From: Macrostomum lignano
Taxonomy: Eukaryota
Direction: 5' to 3'
NCBI GenBank assembly: GCA_002269645.1
Contig: NIVC01000267.1
Coordinates: forward strand, 124,001 to 188,000
DNA length: 64,000 nt
Shown here: positions 1 to 16,315 of the stretch, piece by piece
Layout: each line of letters opens with the position of its first letter
Numbering within the stretch: position 1 is the first letter of the stretch
Notes under the pieces: generated by a model
Database searches by the model: none
The model's input: the letters and a program-made list of their open reading frames with translations, nothing else
Told to the model about the DNA's origin: nothing
Program-made: the position numbers and the translations under genes

Positions 1-1
1 G

Positions 2-4428
<4,427 letters not shown>

Positions 4429-4764
4429 CACAGGCTCTGCTCGCTGCTGTACATACGATCCCAGCTTTATGATTTCCGAGGCTCGCGGACATTAAAGTGA
4501 TTTTCAGCTGCATTCTACCTGTCAATTTTTTATATCTCTTTGCTCACAAGTCTTCACTCTCTGATATATTATTATTATTTTAATCTTTTATAATATCAGC
4601 TGGTAGAGCGATACTCAATCCTGTTTACTGTTATCAAAGAGATACTTAAATAAACGATCTTATGTGTACCCTTTTATTCTGTCTAATTGACTTAGCAAAA
4701 AAAGATGTCCATCTTTAATCGTTTGAGATACTGGTAGCTCAGGCAGAGAAAGGAGACTGAGGGG

Positions 4765-5410
4765 AGAGATGGGGTGGCTGAGGGGAGAGATGGGGAGGTT
4801 GAAGGGAGAGATGGGGAGGTTGAAGGGAGTGATGGGGAGGTTAAAGGGAGTGATGGGGAGGTTAAAGGGAGTGATGGGGAGGTTGAAGGGAGAGATGAGG
4901 AGGTTGAAGGGAGAGATGGGGAGGTTGAAGGGAGAGATGAGGAGGTTGAAGGGAGAGATGGGGAGGTTGAAGGGAGAGATGGGGAGGTTAAAGGGAGTGA
5001 TGGGGAGGTTAAAGGGAGTGATGGGGAGGTTAAAGGGAGTGATGGGGAGGTTGAAGGGAGAGATGAGGAGGTTGAAGGGAGAGATGGGGAGGTTGCAGGG
5101 AGAGATGGGGAGGTTGAAGGGAGAGATGGGGAGGCTGCAGGGAGAGATGGGGAGGTTGAAGGGAGAGAAGAGGAGGTTGTAGGGAGAGATGGGGAGGTTA
5201 AAGGGAGAGATGAGGAGGTTGCACGGAGAGATGGGGAGGTTAAAGGGAGAGATGGGGAGGTTGAAGGGAGAGATGGGGAGGTTGAAGGGAGAGATGGGGA
5301 GGTTGAAGGGAGAGATGGGGAGGTTGAAGGGAGAGATGGGGAGGTTGAAGGGAGAGATGGGGAGGTTGCAGGGAGAGATGGGGAGGTTGAAGGGAGAGAA
5401 GAGGAGGCTG
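4765..5410 (+). repeat. 21 bp minisatellite GAGATGGGGAGGTTGAAGGGA
   Basis: About 30 copies; gives the MGRLKGE/GRDGEVE pseudo-ORFs. Confidence 0.95.
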
Positions 5411-6104
5411 AGGGGAAGAGGATGCAGAAAAAGAAGATTAGTATTTAGTAGAAAGTTAAAAATTCTGCTGCTCCTTTTCACCAGCAGGGGTTCCTCTGCC
5501 TTTGTTTATCAATAATTATCCTTGACTGTGGGAATACAAAAGATGCAGGAAATCTCCAGCGGTGCGGAGAAGACGTGCTCAGCGCAGACAAAAGCAAAAA
5601 CTCATCCTGCAAGCCCATCATTTTGCCCCCCCCTCTCCCCAGCAACCAAAGCGATCGCCGGCTTGCTTTTTCGTCTGCAGAAGTCTCATTTTTTAGCTTT
5701 TTATTTCTTTATCGCAACAATTGCTTTGGTGAGGAGGGCGGATGGCAGAGCGGCGGCACGGGATCTTACCGGGGGGGGGGGGGGGGGCCTCCAGCAACCG
5801 TTCATCCATTGTCTTAGGCTTCGTTCCTTGCTGCTGCAATCTCTTCTCTCTCTTCTTCTAGAAGAGAAGCAGTGGGAGGGATTTTTAGGTTCTCTTTTTC
5901 GCCAAAGCAGTTGCTCGCGAATTCTGGATAAGCAGACTGGATCTGCTCGGCTCAGCGGGTCTCTGTGACCTGACCTGGGCTGCGCTTTTTCCTCCTTCAG
6001 ACATCTCGGTCTCCTGCCTCCCGTCTCCGCTGATTATCCATTGAACTGCGACTGAGGGGGGCGATTTAGAGATTGGGTCTTTCTGGATTCCTGATTGGGG
6101 ATGG

Positions 6105-7250
6105 GGAGAGATTAGAGGGAATAGAGGGATTGGAGAGATTAGAGGGATTGGAGAGTTTAGAGGGACTAAAGAGATCAAAAAGTGATTAGAGAGTTTAGAG
6201 AGATTAGAGAGATCAGAGAGATTAGAGAGATTAGAGAAATTAGAGAGATCAGAGAGATTAGAGAGATTAGAGAAATTAGAGAGATTTAGAGAGTTTAGAG
6301 AAATCAGAGAAATCAGAGATATCAGAGAGATTAGAGAGATGAGAGAGATTAGAGAAATTAGAGAGATCAGAGAGTTTAGAGGGACTAAAGAGATCAAAAA
6401 GTGATTAGAGAGATTAGGGAGATCAGAGAGATTAGAGAGATTAGAGAAATTAGAGAGATTTAGAGAGTTTAGAGAAATCAGAGAAATCAGAGATATCAGA
6501 GAGATTAGAGAGATGAGAGAGATTAGAGAAATTAGAGAGATTTAGAGAGTTTAGAGAAATCAGAGAAATCAGAGATATCAGAGAGATTAGAGAGATGAGA
6601 GAGATTAGAGAAATTAGAGAGATCAGAGAGTTTAGAGGGACTAAAGAGATCAAAAAGTGATTAGAGAGATTAGGGAGATCAGAGAGATTAGAGAGATTAG
6701 AGAAATTAGAGAGATTTAGAGAGTTTAGAGAAATCAGAGAAATCAGAGAGATCAGAGAGATTAGAGAGATTAGAGAAATTAGAGAGATTTAGAGAGTTTA
6801 GAGAAATCAGAGAAATCAGAGATATCAGAGAGATTAGAGAGATGAGAGAGATTAGAGAAATTAGAGAGATCAGAGAGTTTAGAGGGACTAAAGAGATCAA
6901 AAAGTGATTAGAGAGATTAGGGAGATCAGAGAGATTAGAGAGATTAGAGAAATTAGAGAGATTTAGAGAGTTTAGAGAAATCAGAGAAATCAGAGAGATC
7001 AGAGAGATTAGAGAGATTAGAGAAATTAGAGAGATTTAGAGAGTTTAGAGAAATCAGAGAAATCAGAGATATCAGAGAGATTAGAGAGATGAGAGAGATT
7101 AGAGAAATTAGAGAGATCAGAGAGTTTAGAGGGACTAAAGAGATCAAAAAGTGATTAGAGAGATTAGGGAGATCAGAGAGATTAGAGAGATTAGAGAAAT
7201 TAGAGGGATCAGAGGGATCAGAGAGACTAGAGGGATTAAAGCGATCAAAG
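6105..7250 (+). repeat. 9 bp GAGATTAGA-based satellite with ~250 bp higher-order period
   Basis: Marker GGGACTAAAGAGATCAAAAAGTGATTAGAGAG recurs at 6162, 6381, 6637, 6884, 7131. Confidence 0.9.
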
Positions 7251-7666
7251 AGATTATAAGGACCCGCGGGCGGAGTCTCCGAGAAAGCGGGCAGCAGCCG
7301 GAGGTGCGCGGCATCAGGAACTGAAAACCGCGCCAAGATGCGGGAAAGAATCGAACAAAGAAAATCTGGGGGGAGGGCAACGTCTATGCGTGTCGGCACA
7401 GGAAATTAAGACATCGCAAGGGACAATTTCCTCTCTCAGTGCCCGGGAGTGGGAAAGCGACTTCTCAAGAAGCTGCCATTTGCCTCGCGATCGCCCCTCT
7501 GGATTTGATGAAGCAGCGGCCTGCGTGCCAACCGACTTGGCGCAGCTTCCGTTGGCTTTCGAAAATCGAAACAAAATGATCGGGGAAAATTATTATGGGA
7601 AGCAGTTGATGGAGCCTGGCATCTCGTTTTTACGGCTTCATCTTTTTCTTTGAAGTTTCCTACATT

Positions 7667-8077
7667 CCTATCTGCTCCCTACATTCCTATCCGCTCCCTA
7701 CATTCCTATCCGCTCCCTACATTCCTATCCGCTCCCTACATTCCTATCCGCTCCCTACATTCCTAATCGCTCCCTACATTCCTATCCGCTCCCTACATTC
7801 CTATCCGCTCCCTACATTCCTATCCGCTCCCTAAATTCCTATCCGCTCCCTACATTCCTATCCACTCCCTACATTTCTGATCTCTGCTCCCTTCATTTCT
7901 AATCTCCGCTCCCTTCATTTCTAATCTCAGCTCCCTTCATTCCTAATCTCCGCTCCCTCCATTACTAATCTCCGCTCCCTTCATTCCTAATCTCCGCTCC
8001 CTTCATTCCTAATCTCCGCTCCCTTCATTCCTAATCTCCGCTCCCTTCATTCCTAATCTCCACTCCCTTCATTCCTG
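7667..8077 (+). repeat. Minisatellite shifting from a 19 bp unit (CTCCCTACATTCCTATCCG) to a 22 bp unit (CTCCCTTCATTCCTAATCTCCG)
   Basis: Tandem copies read directly; the unit switches near 7870. Confidence 0.9.
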
Positions 8078-10614
8078 AATTCTCTCTTCTCTAGTTGATT
8101 TGCCTTTTATCAGACAATATTAATTCCCAGCCTCCTCTCTTCGTCATCCGATTTATTTCACGGTCGGGCCAGCATCCCAGGTGGAAGTCTGGGTTGGATA
8201 TCCTCAGACAAAAAATATTCTTTCCATCGTGGCAAGCCCCTGCTGTCCCGATCTCGTTTCCCACTGCTCCATCCTCCCAGTCTCCCCCCCCCCGGTCGGT
8301 TCTCAAGCCCGCATCTCTCCGGCCAGGAAATTGAGTATTTTTTCTCGCGAGGCGGAGGGAGCCAATCTTGCAAATTGTTTCTAAACCGCTCCTGGGAGTC
8401 CTGAGCTCTTAATCTAGATATTTCTACCACTTTTGGAAGCTCCAACCCCCCCCCCCCAACTTTCAGGGCCATGATGGAGCGTATTACTTATTTACGCCTG
8501 CTTGTTAGTTTTACAATCGGCCCCCGGGCAGCGGTTGCAGCAATGCAGAGGCTTCTAAAAGAGGCTGCAGGGATGGCCAGACCGCTCGCTGCAAATAAAT
8601 GGCCGGGGCCATAAGAGTTGCAAAACTTCTCTCAGCATCAGCGCCTGAATCTTTGGCAGCAAAATAACCCGGGGGGACGGTGCACAAAAAGTTAAGTGGC
8701 CGGTGAGTCCGCCTTCTCATCTCCCCGCTCCCGATGACCAATATACTCGTATTCAGCATCCAGCCTATTGTGCTCAATGCTGCTCATCCCAGTAACTGGC
8801 TGCTGGGGGGGGGTCGTTTATCTCCTACTTCTCCTCATCTCCTCACCTGGGCCTCTTTCCTCTACGCCTGCCCGTCTCCCACTCCATCTCTTTAGTCTTT
8901 CAATTCTCTGTATTTGTTTCTCGTCCGCTCATGACGGCTCTGCGCAGCCAGGCCCGACTTCACGCCATACAGCACACACGCGGAGACAGAGAGAGAGAAA
9001 CTTGCTTTTTGCCTCTTGCTTCTAGGGGAGGGTGTTCTGGGGGATTTGACTTGGCGGGACCGGAGCCGCTACTTCCAAACCCCAGGCCTGCCTAAGGCTG
9101 CAGTAGCAGAGATATCCGTGAGCCCTGAGCAGGATCAACGGCCAACACACTAATCCATTATCTTACAGGGCCCGCACCAGCCTCTCAGTGACTGGTCTGC
9201 CTGTCCTCCCTCCAGCTTCTGCCTTCTCCTCAACCAACAACCCCCCACCCGCTGTCTCCAGGTGATCATCAAGCGCCGCAGACCCTGGCAGAAGGTAAGG
9301 GCCAGGCAAGCGGAACACATCCCACGCCCGTCAGCAATAACTCTGTTAGAAGACAATTGTGCTGCTCACGCGACTGGCTGTTTCGTGTCGTCCGGCAGGT
9401 CAGCGCAGCGGCTGACTTGGTTCCAGACAAAGATTTTAGACAAAAGGTGCTCCAAGTCCAACTCATCGTTAATCCTGACCAATCACCCCCATAGTTTTCT
9501 GTCTGAGGGCAAGGCTCTCAGCTAATTGAATTTGATGGCCCCAGCAGGATACTGCGGGGACCTGACTCGCTTCCGCAGCCCGGGAGCAGAAAGCATCATC
9601 TCTAGGAAAAAAAGAAGATTAAATATTCTGGTCGCTTCTTCGAACTCAAATGAAAAACTTCCCCGATCCCCACTCTCGTCCCTCCCCCCTGGCAAACTGA
9701 TCAGGTGAATTGGGATTTTATTGGGCCCAGTTTTCGCCTTCGAAACTTCTCGTCATAAAATTGGCCACTCAGAGGTGCTCTCAACTTTCTGGCCTGCCCG
9801 GTCACTTGAGGGGGCTGAGCTGACACACCTCAATGATTCTTTCTTCCTAATGGCTGTTCAGGCGCGCCTACCGGAAGCTTCCCAAGCAGTGGGCAGATCT
9901 CCCAACCCCCACTCTCCTCTCCTCCATTGTTTTCCCTCCCAGCAGCGCACCACTCGGTCCTGAAATGCCTCATCTTTCTCCAATTAAGCTGCAGAGGCCC
10001 AAGCAGGGGAGCCGCCCAAAGATGAGAGATGAGTAGGGAGAAGAATGGGGTGAACTGCAAATCGGAATGCGAGATACTGGGGGGGGGCGCTATGGTGTGG
10101 CACAAAAAACCAGACACAGGAATTCAAATAAAAGAGTAGAAAGGGGATTTTTATTAGGACTCTCCTGTGCGCTCTGCTGCTTCCTGGCACTTCAAGTCCT
10201 GCGTGTTGGAGCAGCCAGCCTTTGGGGGAGCTCGGGCAAGGAGGGCCTTCGCTGGAGTTCCTCCTCCAGCCCCCTCTGCTGGAGAGGATCTGGAAGACAC
10301 GCAGCAGCCACACAGTTTAATAGACACAACACTAAGCGATGGAGACACGGAGTCAGGTACTTCCTGAGCACAGTCCGGCTCTAGCTTGCAAACTAATTGA
10401 CTCTCGATTGACTAACTGAAGTTTTTCATCTCTACAGGAGCAGTTTTTTTCTTTTGTCTTGCTGTATGTTGTTGAGCTGTGCTGCATTTCCGTTCGGGAA
10501 GCTCATTATGGTTTTCAGTCCAAGTGAGGGCAGAGGCGACTCGTGCCTGATTCTCCGAATGCTGCGGCTCTCCCTGCTCCTCATTCTCTACATCCTTTTA
10601 TCTCCTTCTCTGTC

Positions 10615-12385
10615 TACTTGTCCCCTCTCTGCCCTCTCTGTCTGCCCCTCTCTGCCCTCTCTGTCTGCCCCTCTCTCTCCCCTCTCTGCCCTCTCTGTCT
10701 GCCCCTCTCTGCCCTCTCTGTCTGCCCCTCTCTGCCCTCTCTGTCTGCCCCTCTCTGCCCTCTCTGTCTGCCCCTCTCTGCCCTCTCTGTCTGCCCCTCT
10801 CTGCCCTCTCTGTCTGCCCCTCTCTCTCCCCTCGCTGCCCTCTCTGTCTGCCCCTCTCTGCCCTCTCTGTCTGCCCCTCTCTCTCCCCTCTCTGCCCTCT
10901 CTGTCTGCCCCTCTCTGCCCTCTCTGTCTGCCCCTCTCTGCCCTCTCTGTCTGCCCCTCTCTGCCCTCTCTGTCTGCCCCTCTCTGCCCTCTCTGTCTGC
11001 CCCTCTCTCTCTCTCCTCTCTTCCCCCTCTGTCTGCCCCTCTGTCTCTCCTCTCTCCCCCCTCTGTCTGCCCCTCCCTGTCTGCCCCTCCCTGTCTGCCC
11101 CTCGCTGTCTGCCCCTCTCTGTCTGCCTCTCTTGTCTGCCCCTCTCTGTCTGCCCCTCCCTGTCTGCCCCTCCCTGTCTGCCCCTCTCTGTCTGCCTCTC
11201 TTGTCTGCCCCTCTGTCTCTCCTCTCTCCCCCCTCTGTCTGCCCCTCCCTGTCTGCCCCTCCCTGTCTGCCCCTCGCTGTCTGCCCCTCTCTGTCTGCCT
11301 CTCTTGTCTGCCCCTCTCTGTCTGCCCCTCCCTGTCTGCCCCTCCCTGTCTGCCCCTCCCTGTCTGCCCCTCTCTGTCTGCCTCTCTTGTCTGCCCCTCT
11401 CTGTCTGCCCCTCTCTTGTCTGCCCCTCCCTGTCTGCCCCTCTCTGTCAGCCCCTCCCTGTCTGCCCCTCCCTGTCTGCCCCTCTCTGTCTGCCTCTCTT
11501 GTCTGCCCCTCTCTGTCTGCCCCTCTCTGTCTGCCCCTCTCTGTTTTCCCCTCTCTGCCCTCTCTGTCTGCCCCTCTCAACTCCCTGTCTGCCCCTCTCT
11601 CTCTCCTCTCTTCCCCCTCTGTCTGCCCGTCTCTCTCTCCTCTCTCCCCCCTCTGTCTGCCCCTCCCTGTCTGCCCCTCCCTGTCTGCCCCTCTCTCCCC
11701 TCCCTGTCTGCCCCTCTCTCCCCTCCCTGTCTGCCCCTCTCTCCCCTCCCTGTCTGCCCCTCTCTCCCCTCCCTGTCTGCCCCTCTCTCCCCTCCCTGTC
11801 TACCCCTCTCTCCCCTCCCTGTCTGCCCTTCTCTCCCCTCCCTGTCTGCCCCTCTCTCCCCTCCCTGTCTGCCCCTCCCTGTCTGCCCCTCCCTGTCTGC
11901 CCCTCTCTCCCCTTCCTGTCTGCCCCTCTCTCCCTCCCTGTCTGCCCCTCTCTCCCCTCCCTGTCTGCCCCTCTCTCCCCTCCCTGTCTGCCCCTCTCTC
12001 CCCTCCCTGTCTGCCCCTCTCTCCCCTCCCTGTCTGCCCCTCTCTCCCCTCCCTGTCTACCCCTCTCTCCCCTCCCTGTCTGCCCTTCTCTCCCCTCCCT
12101 GTCTGCCCCTCTCTCCCCTCCCTGTCTGCCCCTCCCTGTCTGCCCCTCCCTGTCTGCCCCTCTCTCCCCTTCCTGTCTGCCCCTCTCTCCCTCCCTGTCT
12201 GCCCCTCTCTCCCCTCCCTGTCTGCCCCTCTCTCCCCTCCCTGTCTACCCCTCTCTCCCCTCCCTGTCTGCCCCTCTCTGTCTGCCCCTCTCTGTCTGCC
12301 CCTCTCTCCCCTCCCTGTCTGCCCCTCTCTCCCCTCCCTGTCTGCCCCTCTCTGTCTGCCCCTCTCTGTCTGCCCCTCTCTCCCC
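10615..12385 (+). repeat. Pyrimidine-rich compound minisatellite built on CTGTCTGCCCCTC(T/C)
   Basis: About 1.8 kb; source of the 659/627/400 aa CLPLS pseudo-ORFs. Confidence 0.95.
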
Positions 12386-12942
12386 TTTTTTCTGCGGTCT
12401 TCACCTCTGTCTCAGCCGTTCATTAATATTTGAAGGGGTTCATGGGTCATGCCTTTGTTCCCCACTCGATTTCGCCTCGCTCCAATACTCAAGTCAGAGT
12501 CAATGAGACAGTACCGCAATTGAGTCCACCGCTATCTTCAATAGCGCTTTTTTATTTATTTTTGCGCAGTTTATCAGCTTCTTCCACTTCTCAGCAGCAA
12601 TCCATAAAAAAGGTGCGGACTTCGCATCGGGAAGAACTCTTGCCAATAAAAATGTTCTCAAGCGGTTCGCGAAGCGTTTTAATCCAGCTTTTTTGTCGCT
12701 TCCAGAAGACTCACCCCCCCCGCCAACCCCCGGTTGCAACCACTTGATGCAAAGTGTTGAGCACGTGAAGAGTCAGTATGCTAAAGTGTGAGCTGGAGGA
12801 TTTAGTTAAGGACGATGTGCTTGATTGATAAGCTGCAGTCAGTGTTGGGGCAGGGAATACTCTATACTATACTCGAGTATTCCCTGGTCGGGGAAACAGC
12901 TGGTCCAGGAGGCTCCGGAGCCGTTTGGTTGCGTAAATCTTG

Positions 12943-14017
12943 TGTATTTTAGTGCAATCTATGATCTAATTTGTATTTTAGTGCAATCTATGATCTAATT
13001 TGTATTTTAGTGCAATCTATGATCTAATTTGTATTTTAGTGCAATCTATGATCTAATTTGTATTTTAGTGCAATCTATGATCTAATTTATTTTTAGTGCA
13101 ATCTATGATCTAATTTGTATTTTAGTGCAATCTATGATCTAATTTGTATTTTAGTGCAATCTATTATCTAATTTGTATTTTAGTGCAATCTATGATCTAA
13201 TTTGTATTTTAGTGCAATCTATGATCTAATTTATTTTTTAGTGCAATCTATGATCTAATTTGTATTTTAGTGCAATCTATGATCTAATTTGTATTTTAGT
13301 GCAATCTATGATCTAATTTGTATTTTAGTGCAATCTATGATCTAATTTGTATTTTAGTGCAATCTATGATCTAATTTGTATTTTAGTGCAATCTATGATC
13401 TAATTTGTATTTTAGTGCAATCTATTATCTAATTTGTATTTTAGTGCAATCTATGATCTAATTTGTATTTTAGTGCAATCTATGATCTAATTTGTATTTT
13501 AGTGCAATCTATGATCTAATTTGTATTTTAGTGCAATCTATGATCTAATTTGTATTTTAGTGCAATCTATGATCTAATTTGTATTTTAGTGCAATCTATG
13601 ATCTAATTTGTATTTTAGTGCAATCTATGATCTAATTTGTATTTTAGTGCAATCTATGATCTAATTTATTTTTTAGTGCAATCTATGATCTAATTTATTT
13701 TTTAGTGCAATCTATGATCTAATTTGTATTTTAGTGCAATCTATGATCTAATTTGTATTTTAGTGCAATCTATGATCTAATTTGTATTTTAGTGCAATCT
13801 ATGATCTAATTTGTATTTTAGTGCAATCTATGATCTAATTTGTATTTTAGTGCAATCTATGATCTAATTTGTATTTTAGTGCAATCTATGATCTAATTTG
13901 TATTTTAGTGCAATCTATGATCTAATTTGTATTTTAGTGCAATCTATGATCTAATTTGTATTTTAGTGCAATCTATGATCTAATTTGTATTTTAGTGCAA
14001 TCTATGATCTAATTTGT
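12943..14017 (+). repeat. 29 bp satellite TGTATTTTAGTGCAATCTATGATCTAATT
   Basis: About 37 head-to-tail copies, almost invariant, no spacers. Confidence 0.97.
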
Positions 14018-14504
14018 TTTTATCAATCCTTATAATTTGAGAAAGTTTAGCAAAATATAACACACAAACTCGTCTGCAGTGAGACTAAAGTTGTCAGAAA
14101 ATGGGAGGGGGGGGGTTGGCACCATTGAGCTGGTCCTGCAAGTAGGTGCAACTATCGAACAGATGGCGATCGAGTCAAGGAGCTCCTTGCAAAAAAATAA
14201 TCATCATTGCAGAAGGGTGCAGAGCTGCCACCATTATTATTATTATTAAATGAGAAAGTCGAGGATCAGAATGTGAAAGGATTTTAACAAAAAACTCTGC
14301 GAAGATAAGTCTTGAGAGGTAGGAGAGAGAAGAGACCCACCTTCTGGCCTCCTCATCTCAGGTGGGGAAATTTATTACGATAGAAATTTTTCTTGCCCAA
14401 AGAGGAAAGATGAAACACTCGTGAAGAAGAAGGAGCTGCACTCACTGAGAGATGATTTTGCACCTGGTTATGGCGTCATAGCGTATTGTATTTACCTGCT
14501 ATGA

Positions 14505-15050
14505 CTAACCTCATATTTACTTATCTGTCTTTACCTACCTGTCCTTACCTGCCTGTCCTTATCTACCTGTCTTTACCTACCTGTCTTTACCTACCTGTCT
14601 TTACCTACCTGACTTTACCTACCTGTCTTTACCTACCTGACTTTACCTACCTGTCTTTACCTAACTATCCTTACCTCCCTATCTTTAGCTACCTGTCTTT
14701 ACCTACCTGACTTTACCTACCTGACTTTACCTACCTGTCTTTACCTACCTGACTTTACCTACCTGTCTTTACCTACCTGTCTTTACCTACCTGTCTTTAT
14801 CTACCTGTCTTTACCTACCTGTCTTTACCTACCTGTCTTTACCTACCTGTCTTTACCTACCTGTCTTTACCTACCTGTCTTTACCTACCTGACTTTACCT
14901 ACCTGTCTTTACCTACCTGTATTTACCTACCTGTCTTTATCTAACTGTCTTTACATACCTGTCCTTACCAACCTGTCTTTACCTACCTGTCCTTACCAAC
15001 CTGTCTTTACCTACCTGTCTGACCTTCCTGTCCGACCTACTTGTCTGACC
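14505..15050 (+). repeat. 14 bp minisatellite TTTACCTACCTGTC
   Basis: Tandem copies read directly. Confidence 0.9.
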
Positions 15051-15822
15051 TACTATGCCTGTGTAATCTGCATTCATTCTACCGCTAACTAAATGCTAAC
15101 AGCTTGATACCTGAAGAGGAAAATGATTAGAAAACTAAAAAAGACCCCAGAGCAGATATTGCCTTCAATGAGGAAATGCGATCAGCAACCCACCCGCATG
15201 TGAACCTGCAGTAGACCTCGGAACTGCAGAGGATCCAATTTAGAAAGAAGACCCCAAAACTGATGAAGATGAGGGTCTCGGACCTCTCCCAGTCAACTCA
15301 GCTGACGAGCTGTCCTCATGCCTTGATCTGCCAGTCATAAAAGCCATCTCTAAAAATATTATCGCGCACAACACGTGGCCGATCGTCGCTACCCTCTTGT
15401 TCTTCCCGCATTGTCGAAAGACGAAGGCCGCGCGCAGCAATACGCGATCAGTATTGATATTGCTACTCCAGATGGAGCACGCCCAGACGGGGGGGCATAA
15501 AAGTCAGTCTCTAAAAGAAGCGATAAGAAAGTTCTGACAGATTGATGAAGGCTCGATATGATGCAACAAAGTAAGACCACATTACAGGTAAGAATATTGT
15601 AACAAAATTTTAACATCTTTCACAAACTATTGGAGCGAAATGAACTGGAGCCGTAAGGCCCAGCTGGCTCTGCTTGGCGGCTCTTGATTGATTAGCTGGG
15701 TGGGTTCGGTTACTGAGGATCGCTTGTACAGATTTTAGTGAAGTGAAAAAAAAACTTTAAAATCAAGGTTGAAAGAATAATTGCCACAAATCCAGGTGAC
15801 TTAAGACATACCAAGGTTGGTT

Positions 15823-16315
<493 letters not shown>

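Noticed and set aside
10454-12506. Very long Cys/Pro/Leu/Ser ORFs (also 45894..48447, 51694..52852, 24819..25685, 22804..23816, 50345..51472, 2750..3688, 4660..5515)
   Set aside because: They are translations of tandem repeats lacking stop codons; they are open in several frames and on both strands, and most lie inside introns of well-supported genes.
12943-14017. 28-32 bp repeats as CRISPR arrays (also 55275..59397, 31455..31995)
   Set aside because: Units are head-to-tail with no unique spacers, there are no cas genes, and the context is eukaryotic.
15230-15510. Open stretch reading EDPKTDEDEGLGPLPVNSADELSSCLDLPVIK...
   Set aside because: No recognisable family, start or convincing splice sites; cannot be supported without a database search.
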